The notes beneath the pieces were generated by a model that worked only from the letters and a program-made list of their open reading frames with translations, made no database searches and was not told where the DNA came from. Position numbers and translations under genes: made by a program. From an uncultured Gemmatimonadaceae bacterium (GTDB lineage: Bacteria > Gemmatimonadota > Gemmatimonadetes > Gemmatimonadales > Gemmatimonadaceae), in the NCBI GenBank assembly GCA_963829055.1, contig CAWHHI010000011.1, forward strand, positions 576,001 through 640,000: 64,000 nt of DNA, written 5' to 3'. Within the stretch, counting starts at the first letter, position 1. Every line of letters starts with the position of its first letter. Positions 1-10,256 of this stretch are shown in pieces.

Positions 1-1588
1 AGATGAGCCCCACGCCAGCGCCCACGCGCGGATTCACCGTGTTACCGAACGGGACGTCACCCGCCCACATCTTCCCCGCGTCGACGAACGCCGCGCCACC
101 GAAGCCCATGTATTTCTTGAACCCCGGGAAGATCAGACGCTCCTCGAGGCGCGCTACCGCGCGGCGACCACCAGCGGTTTTCGACCCCTCGTAGCCACGA
201 ATGCCCACGCGATTCGTGCCTAACTGGAGCTGCATCGGGATCGACGTATTCCACCCACCGGCAAACTCCACGCTCGCGATCTGCGTGCGGCGCCTCGTCG
301 GCCGGTAGTACCAGGCAAGTCGCCCTTCCGTGATCAGGTCGGCCCACTCGCCGTCGGAACGCGATGTCTCGACGTTCGACTGCAGTCCGACGAACGACCG
401 TGGCGTTCCCGCACCGGCGTAGATCTGACTCCCGACGAACCACCCGTTGTTGTCCGATCCGAAACCGCGGCCAATCAACGAGCCGAACTGCATTCCACGC
501 CCGACGTCCTGCGCGCCCTCGAGCGCGTCGAAGCTCGTTGCCTTGAAGAACGAGAGCGCACGCGCGCCGAGGATCGCCGCGATGAGCGGTCTGTCCTGGG
601 TACTGTAGCGAGGCCCGAGCGTCGTGTCGGGATCCGCCACGAAACCCTGCTCGGTAATCACGACACCCTCCTCCGCTGGCGCGATGCGATCGGCGCCGAT
701 CTGCGCGCCGGCGAACAGACCGTAGGAGGTGCGCGTGGAGTTGCCGGCGAAGCGATACACGGCGTTGAGCGCCCAGCTTCGACGCGAGACTTCCAGCGAA
801 AGCGGATCGATGTCCTCACCGCGAACGAACGTCTGGTAGCCGTCGACGTCGGCGTACGTGGCCGACCAGGCGAACCTCTGGATCTGCGAGTAGAGCGGTG
901 CCGACAGGGACCCGGCGATCACCTGACCCAACGGGGAGCGTTCGAGCTGGCCGTCGAACAGGTACGGTTTGCCCAATACGTGGTAGTCGGAGAATCGCGC
1001 CGCCCAGCCGTCGCGAAACGCGAAGCCCTGTTGCCACTGCAGCGTCGCCAACATCCCGTAGCCGGCAACGTTGCCGCTGCCGAGCTTGAGGCGCGTCGGC
1101 TTGTTGTCCTTCACGCCGAGGCCGACGATGGTGCGGATGTCGTCGACGGTCGAGAACGACACGACCACGGTTCCACCGGAATCCGGCGTGACGACCGCCC
1201 GTGCGTCCGCCAGATACGGCTGTGCGCGAAGCACGCGCTCGGACTCGGCCAGCAGGGTTTCGGTGCACGCCGCCCCCTGCCTAACGAGAAGGAACGGCTC
1301 CACGGCCGACACGCGCGTCGGCGCACCGGAGAGCAGGAAGCGCAGCACCGGACGCGACCACCAGGTCGACCGTTCGACGATCACCGGCTCCTGCCGCGAG
1401 ACGATCACCATCGAGATCGTCTCGCCATTGCACCGCGGACCCAGGGCAGCGCGTGCCGCCGTAGTAGCGGTGGTGTCCTGCGCGGACAGCGGATTGGCAC
1501 AAATCGCGAGCGCAGTGACAACCGATGCGCTCACGCCTGATGCGGAGCACACACGAGAACGCACGTGAGAACGCACGTGAAACCGCAC
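1..1588 (-). CDS. Outer-membrane protein, POTRA + beta-barrel (BamA/TamA/Omp85-like); runs off the left edge
   Basis: Not in the ORF track (no stop in window). Manual minus-strand translation gives ...VVTALAICANPLSAQ...FLLVRQGAACTETLLAESERVLRAQPYLADA...STVDDIRT...: a signal peptide and a POTRA-like ESERxLR motif, followed by aromatic-rich beta strands. Start uncertain (GTG 1588 or 1534). Confidence 0.65.
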   Translation of the reverse strand, partial: MRFHVRSHVRSRVCSASGVSASVVTALAICANPLSAQDTTATTAARAALGPRCNGETISMVIVSRQEPVIVERSTWWSRPVLRFLLSGAPTRVSAVEPFLLVRQGAACTETLLAESERVLRAQPYLADARAVVTPDSGGTVVVSFSTVDDIRTIVGLGVKDNKPTRLKLGSGNVAGYGMLATLQWQQGFAFRDGWAARFSDYHVLGKPYLFDGQLERSPLGQVIAGSLSAPLYSQIQRFAWSATYADVDGYQTFVRGEDIDPLSLEVSRRSWALNAVYRFAGNSTRTSYGLFAGAQIGADRIAPAEEGVVITEQGFVADPDTTLGPRYSTQDRPLIAAILGARALSFFKATSFDALEGAQDVGRGMQFGSLIGRGFGSDNNGWFVGSQIYAGAGTPRSFVGLQSNVETSRSDGEWADLITEGRLAWYYRPTRRRTQIASVEFAGGWNTSIPMQLQLGTNRVGIRGYEGSKTAGGRRAVARLEERLIFPGFKKYMGFGGAAFVDAGKMWAGDVPFGNTVNPRVGAGVGLI

Positions 1589-1611
1589 TTGTAACTCCGG
1601 GGCTGAGCTGG

Positions 1612-2868
1612 TCAGCGCGCTTGTGCAAGGATCGCGATGATCAAGGCAGCCCATTGCGGACCAAGCCAGCCGCGATCGCCATCGTCGTACGATTCGGACG
1701 TTGCGTGCGCGCCCTGGCCGTCACCGCCACCGTCAATGGTGATCGCGGGAATGCCGAGGCTCATCGGGAAGTTCGCGTCAGTGCTGGACGCCGAGGTTCG
1801 CGCCGTGAAGCCGAGTGCCTTCCCTGCGTCGACCGCGGTCCGAACGATGAACGCACTGTCCGGCTGCGCGCCGGCTGGTCGAATTCCAATCGTGTCCACC
1901 TTGACGGAGATGCGCACTTTCGACGAAGGCCACCGCGCATTCTCGGCCGCGAGTGCGTTTCGCACCGCGGCCTGGAACTTTTTATCGAGGTCGGCCAGCG
2001 CCTTCGCCGACTCTGAACGCAAGTCTACATCCATCGAGCCGCTGGGCGAGATCGTGTTCACCGACGTGCCGCCCTCGATGATCCCGACGTTGAATGTCGC
2101 CTTCGGAGTTGTCGGTACCTGGATGTCCGCGATCGCCGCGATCGCTCGGCCTAACGCGTGGATGGGGCTCGGCATGCCGAAGGCGCCGTAGCTGTGTCCG
2201 CCAGGCCCCTGATACGTGACACGGTAGCGGTTGCTGCCGACGGCGCGACTGGTGACGCCGAGCCCGGTGCCATCCACCGAGATGAAATAGTCGATCTTGC
2301 CCTTGTACTCACGCGTGACGAGGTGCCGGGTGCCGCGGAGGTTGCCCGGCCCTTCCTCGCCGACGTTGCCGACGAAAATCACCGTGCCGGCGGTCGACAG
2401 CTTCTCCATCTGAAATGCGCGCGCGACCGACAGCACCACCGCGAGCCCACGACAATCGTCGCCAATGCCGGGGGCCGTCATCTTCGTGCCCTCGCGCTTG
2501 ACCTTCACGTTCGTGCCTTCGGGAAAGACAGTGTCGAGATGCCCTTCGATCAGCACCGTCTTCCCGCCACCTGTCCCGCGACGTTCCGCGATCACGTTCC
2601 CGATGGAATCCGTCCGCACCGTCAGGCCGAGTGCCTCGAGCCGCCGCTTATACTCGGCCCCCCGGGTCGCCTCCTTGAATGGTGGCGCGGGGATCTCGCA
2701 GATCGACCGCTGCTGGTCGAGTGTCCACGCGTTGTCGGCTTTGATGCGGTCGAGCGTACGCTTGACCGCGGGGTTCGTGGACGGAACGGCCTGAGCCGCG
2801 AGCGACACTGCGGAACACAGCGCGACTGCCGCGCAGGAGAAGAAGACGCGGCCGGTACGAATAATCAT
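1612..2868 (-). CDS. M20/M25/M40 family metallo-hydrolase, exported
   Basis: GHLDTV, GIGDD, VGEEG and GGHS motifs; N-terminal signal peptide. Confidence 0.9.
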   Translation of the reverse strand: MIIRTGRVFFSCAAVALCSAVSLAAQAVPSTNPAVKRTLDRIKADNAWTLDQQRSICEIPAPPFKEATRGAEYKRRLEALGLTVRTDSIGNVIAERRGTGGGKTVLIEGHLDTVFPEGTNVKVKREGTKMTAPGIGDDCRGLAVVLSVARAFQMEKLSTAGTVIFVGNVGEEGPGNLRGTRHLVTREYKGKIDYFISVDGTGLGVTSRAVGSNRYRVTYQGPGGHSYGAFGMPSPIHALGRAIAAIADIQVPTTPKATFNVGIIEGGTSVNTISPSGSMDVDLRSESAKALADLDKKFQAAVRNALAAENARWPSSKVRISVKVDTIGIRPAGAQPDSAFIVRTAVDAGKALGFTARTSASSTDANFPMSLGIPAITIDGGGDGQGAHATSESYDDGDRGWLGPQWAALIIAILAQAR

Positions 2869-2913
2869 GAGCGACAGTGTGAGTGCGGGTTGCGGGCGGG
2901 TTGAAGACGGCGC

Positions 2914-3801
2914 TCAGCGAGCGCCGGCGAGCTCCGGGTTCTTTGCGGCCGTGGTGCCATAGAGCTTCCGCTCGAGCGCGGCGCCGAGCAGCCGCGTTAT
3001 GCGGCCGGGCGTTCCGGGGCCGACAGGGCGACCGTCCAGCTGCACGATGGGCGTGATGTCGCTCGTGGTGCCGGTGACGAACAACTCATCGAGGCGCCCG
3101 ATCTCCTGCTGCAGGATCGGTGTCTCGCGAACGGTGACGCCCTGCTCCACCGCGAGCTCGAGCACGACGTCACGCGTGATGCCGGCGAGGATGTAGTTGG
3201 AACGCGGATACGTACGCAGCTCGCCATCGATCACACCGAACACGTTCGTGTGCGACCCTTCCGTGATGACGCCGTCGCGGATGAACACCGCCTCGAGCGA
3301 GCCCGCGGCGACCGCGTGCTGCTTCGCGAGAACAGCGCCGAGCAGGTTCACCGTCTTGAGGTCGCAGCGGGACCAGCGAATGTCGGGGTACGTCACCGCG
3401 GTGGCGCCCGTCTCACGCTGCGCGTGGTTCGGCGTGAACGGCGAGGCCGAGAGGAAGACCGTGGGCGGCGTGGTCGCGGCTGGGAAGTAGTGGGTGCGTG
3501 GCGCCGCACCGCGCGTGATCTGGAGGTACACGGTACCTTCGCCACTCGTGAGATCGTTCTCGCGGATCAGGCGGGTGTGGATGTCGATGATCTGCTCGGG
3601 CGACAGGCGCGGATCGATGCCGATACCACGAAGCCCGTACTGCAGGCGGCGCATGTGACGGTCGGCCTCGAAGAGGCGGCCGTTCACGACGCGGGTGACC
3701 TCGTAGATGCCGTCGCCGAAGATGAATCCACGGTCGTCGACGGATAGCGTCGCGCGTTCCCGGGGCATGAACTCGCCGTTCAGATAGACCACGCCAGGCA
3801 T
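2914..3801 (-). CDS. dat: D-amino-acid aminotransferase (class IV PLP)
   Basis: YLNGEF, DRGFIFGDGIYE, YLQITRG, RCDLKTVNLL, EGSHTN, ILAGITR motifs; ATG at 3801 preferred. Confidence 0.85.
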   Translation of the reverse strand: MPGVVYLNGEFMPRERATLSVDDRGFIFGDGIYEVTRVVNGRLFEADRHMRRLQYGLRGIGIDPRLSPEQIIDIHTRLIRENDLTSGEGTVYLQITRGAAPRTHYFPAATTPPTVFLSASPFTPNHAQRETGATAVTYPDIRWSRCDLKTVNLLGAVLAKQHAVAAGSLEAVFIRDGVITEGSHTNVFGVIDGELRTYPRSNYILAGITRDVVLELAVEQGVTVRETPILQQEIGRLDELFVTGTTSDITPIVQLDGRPVGPGTPGRITRLLGAALERKLYGTTAAKNPELAGAR

Positions 3802-3868
3802 GACATTACTCACATTCAATGGGGTGACCGGAATCACTCGTCTGGCTGAGGGATTGTCAACGAGTGTC

Positions 3869-3944
3869 GGGAATCGGGAATCGGGAATCGGGAATCGGGA
3901 ATCGGGACTGGGGACTGGGGACTGGGGACTGGGGACTGGGGACT
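3869..3944 (+). repeat. Heptamer tandem repeat: (GGGAATC)x5 then (GGGACTG)x5 plus a partial unit
   Basis: Read directly; intergenic between divergent genes. Confidence 0.95.
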
Positions 3945-4005
3945 ACGGATACTCGCGTCAGGCAGCCCGGGCTATCGGCGAACACCGGTTAATCGTCCTC
4001 ATGGC

Positions 4006-4587
4006 ATGGCGACCCAACGACGTCCGTCAGGAAGCATCGACCCGGTGCCTGCGGGCCAGTCGACGGAATCCAGCGGTGGTACGCTGCGGACGCGGCTTCG
4101 AATCGCATTCCTCGTCCTCATCGCCATTTACGCCGTTGTCCGCGTCGCGAACCCGGAGCACTGGGACCCGCTCGACGACCTGAATCTCGCCGTCCACGAA
4201 GCCGGGCACCTCGTGTTCTCGGCCTTCGGAGAAACGCTGACCATTCTGGGCGGGTCGCTCTTTCAGGTCATCGTACCGCTGACGTTCGTCGGGTACTTCG
4301 CCCGCACGAAACAGCGGTACGCCGCCGCGGTGACCATGGCGTGGGTGGGTGTGAACCTGCTCAACGTCGCCCGCTACATCGGGGACGCTCGCGCGCAGGA
4401 GCTGCCGCTGCTCGGCGGCGAGGACAGCATCCACGACTGGTGGTACCTGCTGATCAACTGGGACCTCCTGCCTCGCGACCTCGTGATCGCGCGCTGGGTG
4501 CATTTCCTGGGCGTCGTCGCGTTCCTCAGCTCGCTGTTGGCTGGGGTCATGACGCTCAAGTCGCGCGGCGCCCCGGATTCGGAATAG
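4006..4587 (+). CDS. Membrane protein with HExxH motif (putative membrane metalloprotease)
   Basis: VHEAGH, several TM segments, GG...HDW motif. Confidence 0.7.
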   Translation: MATQRRPSGSIDPVPAGQSTESSGGTLRTRLRIAFLVLIAIYAVVRVANPEHWDPLDDLNLAVHEAGHLVFSAFGETLTILGGSLFQVIVPLTFVGYFARTKQRYAAAVTMAWVGVNLLNVARYIGDARAQELPLLGGEDSIHDWWYLLINWDLLPRDLVIARWVHFLGVVAFLSSLLAGVMTLKSRGAPDSE

Positions 4588-4593
4588 CCGGTC

Positions 4594-4745
4594 GTCATTC
4601 CGAGCGGAGCTGTCATTCCGAGCGAGCGAAGCGAGTCGAGGAATCGCGATCGTCCCGATAGAGAGCCCCTCTACCCAGTACGGTCACGATTCCTCGACTC
4701 CGCCGCTTCGGCCTCCGCTCGGAATGACAGCCCGCTCGGAATGAC
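4594..4745. repeat. Palindromic REP/MITE-like element, family A
   Basis: Doubled termini GTCATTCCGAGCG...CGCTCGGAATGAC; inner arms GTCGAGGAATCG/CGATTCCTCGAC. Confidence 0.9.
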
Positions 4746-4798
4746 ACGCTCCGCGGCTCTCACGCGGCCGCGGCCGCGAATCTGCAAGACTGCGACGC

Positions 4799-5746
4799 AT
4801 GGCTACCGCGTCGGTTCGATCTCGCGCCTCGGCGCAGCGTTCGCCGGGACGGCGTTCGCCCGCCCAAACGCCGCGAACCGGGCGCATTCACGTGGGCACC
4901 GCGGGCTGGCTGTATCGCGACTGGGAGGGTGTGCTGTACCCGAAGCCGCACCCGCGTGGCTTCGACCCACTCGCATACCTCGCGCGCTACGTCGACGTGG
5001 TCGAGGTCAACTCCACGTTCTATCGACCCGTCGACGCTGACGTCGCGCGTCGGTGGGTCGACCGCGTGACTGACGCGTCCGACTTCAGGTTCACGACGAA
5101 GCTCTGGAAGCGATTCACGCACGAGCGCGACACGGCGTTCACGCGAACGGAAGTGTCCACCGTGCAGCGCGGACTCCGCCCGCTGCATAACGCGGGGAAG
5201 CTGGGTGCGCTGCTCCTGCAGTTTCCGTGGTCGTTCCGGAGGAACGAAGCGAACCAGCAATGGCTCGAGGATCTCGCCAACGCGTTCGAGGAATTCCCGC
5301 TCGCGGTGGAGGTCCGCCACGCGTCGTGGGCGGTACCGGAGTTCTACGGCGAGCTCGCAGAGCGTGGCATCGGCTTCGTGAACATCGACCAGCCGCTGTT
5401 CCGCCACTCCGTCAAGCCGAGCGCGACGGCGACGGCGCGGGTGGGCTACGTCCGCATTCACGGCCGCAACTACCGCGAGTGGTTCCGCAAGGACGCGGGC
5501 GTGGAGGCGCGTTATGACTACCTGTATTCGCCGGCCGAGCTGGCGCCGTGGGCGGAGCGGAGCGTTCAGGTCGCGGAGAGTGGCGCGGACGACGTCTACG
5601 CGATCACGAACAACCACTACCAGGCGAAGGCGGCAGTGAACGCGATTCAGCTGGCGAGCATGGTACGCGACGAGCCAGTGCCAGCACCGGAGACACTCTA
5701 CGCATCGTACGAGGATCAGTTGGCTGCGTGGGCATACCCCGAGTAG
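4799..5746 (+). CDS. DUF72 (YecE-like) TIM-barrel protein
   Basis: GTAGW, VEVNSTFY, LLQFP, VEVRH, YVRIHGRN, RYDYLYS motifs. Confidence 0.9.
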   Translation: MATASVRSRASAQRSPGRRSPAQTPRTGRIHVGTAGWLYRDWEGVLYPKPHPRGFDPLAYLARYVDVVEVNSTFYRPVDADVARRWVDRVTDASDFRFTTKLWKRFTHERDTAFTRTEVSTVQRGLRPLHNAGKLGALLLQFPWSFRRNEANQQWLEDLANAFEEFPLAVEVRHASWAVPEFYGELAERGIGFVNIDQPLFRHSVKPSATATARVGYVRIHGRNYREWFRKDAGVEARYDYLYSPAELAPWAERSVQVAESGADDVYAITNNHYQAKAAVNAIQLASMVRDEPVPAPETLYASYEDQLAAWAYPE

Positions 5747-5929
5747 TACGACGCTGCGAGCGACTGGGCACATCGCCGACGGCTGCCATGCTGCGGCCGC
5801 ACGCTGCCCGCTGCTGCTAGTACGCTCGGTCGACCCACGCGCTGACTCGCAGCGCACTCAGCGTCACCCAGCAACCAGCACGACCACCCAGCAACCAGCC
5901 GCAGTTCCAGTCCCCAGTCCCCAGTCCAC

Positions 5930-6722
5930 CTAACGCTTCGTCAGTAACTCCTCGAACAGCGCAATCGCACGCGGGTCGTTCGACTGGCCGAGCCAGAACA
6001 CCGCATCACGGCGCACCTCGGGGTCCTTGTGCGTGCGCGCCACGCGAATGAGGATCGGGATGCCCTCGTCGTGCGGACGCTGCGACAGCGCGAACACGAC
6101 CTGCTTCTGCACCTCACGATCGCTATCGCCGTCACGCGAGAGCGAGTCGAGGCCTGACGTCGCCGCATCGCCCGCCGCCTGGCCGAGCCAGAAGACCGCC
6201 TGCTTCCGCGTCTCGCGCGGACGATTCTCATCGCGCGCCAGGCGGATGAGTGCCGGCCAGATCACCGCACTGTCGGCGATCGTCGCGGGGAAGATCGCGT
6301 CGCGACCCGCTCGCCCGGGGAGCTTCGTCGCGAGCGACAGCAGGTAGTCCGCTGCCTCCTTCGCTGGCACCGTGCCAATGTCGGTCACGTCAGAGCCGGC
6401 AGCGCGCCAACGTCCGCCGACCACGAAGCGAAGCGCCACGATCTCCCCGTCGCGCTTCTCGAGTACCAGACGCCCCGGACCGTAGTCGCACGCATTGTCC
6501 CACTCGACGTCACGCGTACGGTCGTTGTCGCCCCAATTATTCCGCCAGTTGTTCCCTCGGCTGATACTACCGCGGTTCCCGCAGTACTCGGGGCGCACGG
6601 CGAAGCTGAGTCGCACCGTGCCGTCGCCAGCACGCGAGACACGGTCCGCGATGGACTGCGCGGCGAGCGTGGATGCGCTGGAAGCAGCGAACGCCAGCAG
6701 TTACGAGATATCGTCGCATCAT
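5930..6722 (-). CDS. Exported HEAT-repeat protein 3 (frameshift near 6701)
   Basis: Repeated AVFWLGQ units. The signal peptide MMRRYLV/LLAFAASSASTLAAQ is restored by removing one base; ATG overlaps the upstream stop. Confidence 0.8.
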
Positions 6723-7993
6723 TTGGAGATCCTCTCTTCCAGAAACTTCGAGGCCCGCGGGTCGCGACTCTGGCCGAGCCAGAACGTCGCCTTCGAGCGG
6801 ATCTCGCGATCGGTGTCGTTACGGGCGAGGTCGATGAGCTTGTCCACCGCGGCCGACTCCTGGCGCTGCGAGAGGACGAAGACGTAGTGGTCGCGCAGCT
6901 CACGCGAGTCGAGGCGCGGGTACAGCGCGAGCAGATCGCCTAACGGGGCCGAATTCTTCTGGCCGCGCCAGAACAGCGCCTGCTTGCGAAGATCGACGGG
7001 CTCGTTCGCGTCGAGCACCCGGTCCACCAGCCATCGCTGATCAGCGTCGTCATCCATCTGCGCCACCGCCTGGATGACTTTGTCCTTGAGGTGCCGATCG
7101 TCGAGTCGGCCGTACAGCGAGCGGAGAAACGGCCCGTTGTCGCCATCCCTGTCGAGAAAGCCGAGCGCGAAGATCGCCTGATCGCGAAGGTTCCGGCCTA
7201 ACGTGTCACTCGCCGCGAGCGCTCGGAGCGTCGTGCGGGCACGGTCGTCGTCAGCGTTGCCGAGCCAGAAGATCGAACGCTCGCGAAGCCATTGTTCGCC
7301 GTCGTCACGACGGGCCATCTCGATCAGGGTGGGCACACCCGCGCCGTCGCGGAGCTGAGCGAGCGTCATGATCGCGCCTTCACGCAAGGACTTCGGCTCA
7401 CCGCCGGTCCGTGCCAGGGTGGCGAGCGGTGCCGCCGCCTCGGGCGGCGCGACACCACTCATCCAGAACAGGGCCGAGCTCTGGACGTCGTTAGGCCTGT
7501 TGTCGTCGCGAGCGATGGCAAGCAGCTGGCGCCAGATATCCGCGCTGTCCGCGACCGCCGCCGCCATGACCGCGGAGCTCGCGGCACGACCGCTCGCCGT
7601 GGACGCGACCCCGAGGAAATACGCGGCCGCCGCTGGCGCCGAGACGGTACCCAGGTCGGTCGCGGACGGATCGGCTCGACGCGTGGAGCCGATGTACGTT
7701 CTCACCGCCGTGACCTCGCCGTCACGCCGCGTGATCACGGAGCGGGCAGGCCCGAAGAAACAGTTCGCGTTCGAGTGGCCGTGCCCGCGCATCGACGGAT
7801 ACACCGTGATCAGCCTGCCTAACGCCGCCACGTCGGCACCGTCGCCACAGACATCCGGGCGGGCGGCGTACGTCATCGTGACGCTGCCATCCTTCACCGC
7901 GTTCACGCGGTCTGCCAGCGACTGGGCCGCGAGGTGTGGTGCGGCGACCAGCGCCGCCAGCACCACCCCGCGAATCGAGAGCGTCGTGCGCAT
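6719..7993 (-). CDS. Exported HEAT-repeat protein 2
   Basis: Signal peptide MRTTLSIRG...LAAQ; repeats ALFWMS, SIFWLG, ALFWRGQ, ATFWLGQSRDPRA. Confidence 0.85.
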   Translation of the reverse strand: MRTTLSIRGVVLAALVAAPHLAAQSLADRVNAVKDGSVTMTYAARPDVCGDGADVAALGRLITVYPSMRGHGHSNANCFFGPARSVITRRDGEVTAVRTYIGSTRRADPSATDLGTVSAPAAAAYFLGVASTASGRAASSAVMAAAVADSADIWRQLLAIARDDNRPNDVQSSALFWMSGVAPPEAAAPLATLARTGGEPKSLREGAIMTLAQLRDGAGVPTLIEMARRDDGEQWLRERSIFWLGNADDDRARTTLRALAASDTLGRNLRDQAIFALGFLDRDGDNGPFLRSLYGRLDDRHLKDKVIQAVAQMDDDADQRWLVDRVLDANEPVDLRKQALFWRGQKNSAPLGDLLALYPRLDSRELRDHYVFVLSQRQESAAVDKLIDLARNDTDREIRSKATFWLGQSRDPRASKFLEERISK

Positions 7994-8003
7994 CGGACGC
8001 GTC

Positions 8004-9437
8004 CTACTTGGAGATGAGGTCTTCCAGGAACTTCGCGGCGCGTGGGTCACGGGACTGCCCGAGCCAGAACACCGCCTTGCTGCGGAGCTCCTTGTCCTTG
8101 TCGCTCTTCGCAATGCTCATGAGCTTGTCGAGCGCCTTGGCATCTCGCTTCTGCGAGAAGACGAAGATCAGCTGCTCCTTGATCTCGGCGTCCGTCATCT
8201 TGTCGTACAGCGAGGAGAACGCCTCGATCGATGTTCCACCGTTCTGGCCCGCCCAGAACAGCGCCTGCTTCCGGATCTCGATGCTCTGCTTCGGATCGAG
8301 CGCGATGTTCATGATCCACTCGCCGTTGCCGAAGCCGCGCTGCTGCGAGAGCGAGAAGATGATCTTGTCCTTGAGCGCGTCGCTCTTCACTCGACCGAAA
8401 AGGGTCTTCAAATAATTCGCGTTGTCCGCTGATCCATTCTGGCCGAGCCAGAAGATCGCCTGCTCACGGAGCTCCTCGTTCTCGCTTTCACGCTCGGCGA
8501 AGTCACGCAGGATCTGCCCAGCTCGCGAGCTCTGCTGCTGCGATAGCGCGAACAGCGCCTTGTTCTTGATCTCGTTGTTGTCCGAGTTCTTCAGGATGTC
8601 CTCGAGCAGCGTGACGGCACGATCGGAACGGACCTGGCCCAACCAGAACACGGCCTGCTCGCGCGTCTCCTGATCCGGATCGGTCTTCGCCGCCTGCACG
8701 AGAATGTCGGCTGCCTCGTCACCACCCTTCTGCGACACGAGGAAGACGGCTTTGCGTCGCAGCACGTACGAGCAGGCGTCACGGCGAGCCAGGACCTTCT
8801 TGAGAATCGGCATCGCGCGCTCGCTATCCATCTGCAGCAGGGCGTTCAGTGCGGCCACACGCTCGTCATCGTCGTCGTCCTCGACGCACTTCGTACCCTG
8901 GGTACCCTTCCGACTGCCGGTGGCGCTCGGTGACTGATCGCCACTGTCCTTGCCACCCTCGGCCGCGGCGAAGATCTCGGCCGCGCAATTGGCATCACCA
9001 CGTTGGGCGAGCTCGCCACAGACCCGCGTCCCGAGTGCCTTGGCATCGGAGAGGTCCGCGTTAGGGTAGTTCCGGCCGAGCGCCTTGAGTACGTCGCGTG
9101 CCTCGCGCATGCGGTCCACGCTACCCGTCTGATACAGCGAGAACGCGCGGAAGTACATCGCGGACGGCGCCGACGGCGACTTGGGATAGCGATCCGTAAC
9201 CGCACGGAACAGGTCAGCGGCCTGCGTGTAGCTGCGCCGGTTGAGCGTCTCACGTGCTTTGCGGTACAGCGAATCGGCGGGGTCGCCCTGACGGAGCGCC
9301 GGCACTTCCGGCCCGGCGCGCAAGCCACCGAGGTCCACGCGCGAGTACGACACACCTTGCGTCATGGCGGAGGTGGGAACCGCAGCCAGCGTCATCGCGG
9401 CAACAGCGGCAACGATCGTGATCGTCTTCATTGTCAT
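8004..9437 (-). CDS. Exported TPR (BamD-like) + HEAT-repeat protein 1
   Basis: Signal peptide; ADSLYRKARETLN...YPKS TPR-like segment; multiple AVFWLGQ HEAT units. Confidence 0.85.
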   Translation of the reverse strand: MTMKTITIVAAVAAMTLAAVPTSAMTQGVSYSRVDLGGLRAGPEVPALRQGDPADSLYRKARETLNRRSYTQAADLFRAVTDRYPKSPSAPSAMYFRAFSLYQTGSVDRMREARDVLKALGRNYPNADLSDAKALGTRVCGELAQRGDANCAAEIFAAAEGGKDSGDQSPSATGSRKGTQGTKCVEDDDDDERVAALNALLQMDSERAMPILKKVLARRDACSYVLRRKAVFLVSQKGGDEAADILVQAAKTDPDQETREQAVFWLGQVRSDRAVTLLEDILKNSDNNEIKNKALFALSQQQSSRAGQILRDFAERESENEELREQAIFWLGQNGSADNANYLKTLFGRVKSDALKDKIIFSLSQQRGFGNGEWIMNIALDPKQSIEIRKQALFWAGQNGGTSIEAFSSLYDKMTDAEIKEQLIFVFSQKRDAKALDKLMSIAKSDKDKELRSKAVFWLGQSRDPRAAKFLEDLISK

Positions 9438-9442
9438 ATTCC

Positions 9443-10256
9443 TCAGGTTCCCTTCGGCGAGGGAATCGCGGTGCGTATTCTCGTCAGGACCTGGTCGTCG
9501 GTGAGCGCGCCCTTGATCAGGTCACGATCACGCGCCGAGGTCCTCGGAGAGAGTTGAACGATCTGAACGAGCACGAGCTCGAGGTCCTGCAGCAGCTTGC
9601 GGCGAGCCGGGTCACGCGCCGCGGGTGAATCGAGCAGCAGCCGAGTGTTGGAGAGCAGATCCTTGCTCCACGACGTGATCTCGGCGTCCATGCGTCCCTG
9701 CGAGAGATCGCCCTTGAACGCGGTGAGCATCGCTTCGGCCGCGGTGAGATGCTGGGCCGTCGCCACGGTGTAGGCGCGGGCCGAGGCATCGTCGGTCGTG
9801 TTAGGCGCGAATCGCTCAGGCTCTTTCGGGCGTTGCTTGCCCTTGCCATCATCGCTGCGGGCGACCTGCTCATCGGGCTTGCCCAACGGTGCGGCGTCGT
9901 TCCGCGGCGCGCCACGAGCCGAGTCGATGGGGCTGCCTAACGAATCCCGCTGCGTGGGGGTCCGATTCGCCATCTGATCCGACTGCCCCAGGCGCCGCCC
10001 GACCTGAATCCCCACCGCGAGCAGCAGCACTGCCGCGACCGCGAGGTAGACCCACCGAGGAACCCGGCGAACGAATCGGGAGCTCGCGCCCTTTCTCCGT
10101 TCCCTGTTCCCCCTTCCCTGTTCCCGCTGTCCCGGTCGACAGTCCCGCCTGAACAGCGTCCCACATCTGTTCACGTGGCACGATCTGCGGGGGGCGATTG
10201 TACTCCTCCACCGCCATCTGCCTGAGTAATGCGTCCATCTTGTCGTCGTCGGTCAT
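9443..10256 (-). CDS. Putative transmembrane anti-sigma factor (frameshift near 10080)
   Basis: ATGA overlap with the sigma gene; N-terminal PREQMWDAV segment in one frame, single TM helix and periplasmic tail in another. Confidence 0.7.

Noticed and set aside
1551..1588. 12-bp tandem repeat GAGAACGCACGT
   Set aside because: Only about three degenerate units at a gene start; no evidence of function.
980..2904. Long plus-strand ORFs here and similar antisense ORFs elsewhere (e.g. 20629-21906, 27452-29017, 42504-43742)
   Set aside because: Shadow ORFs opposite well-supported genes, typical of high-GC DNA; Arg/Ala-rich and without motifs.
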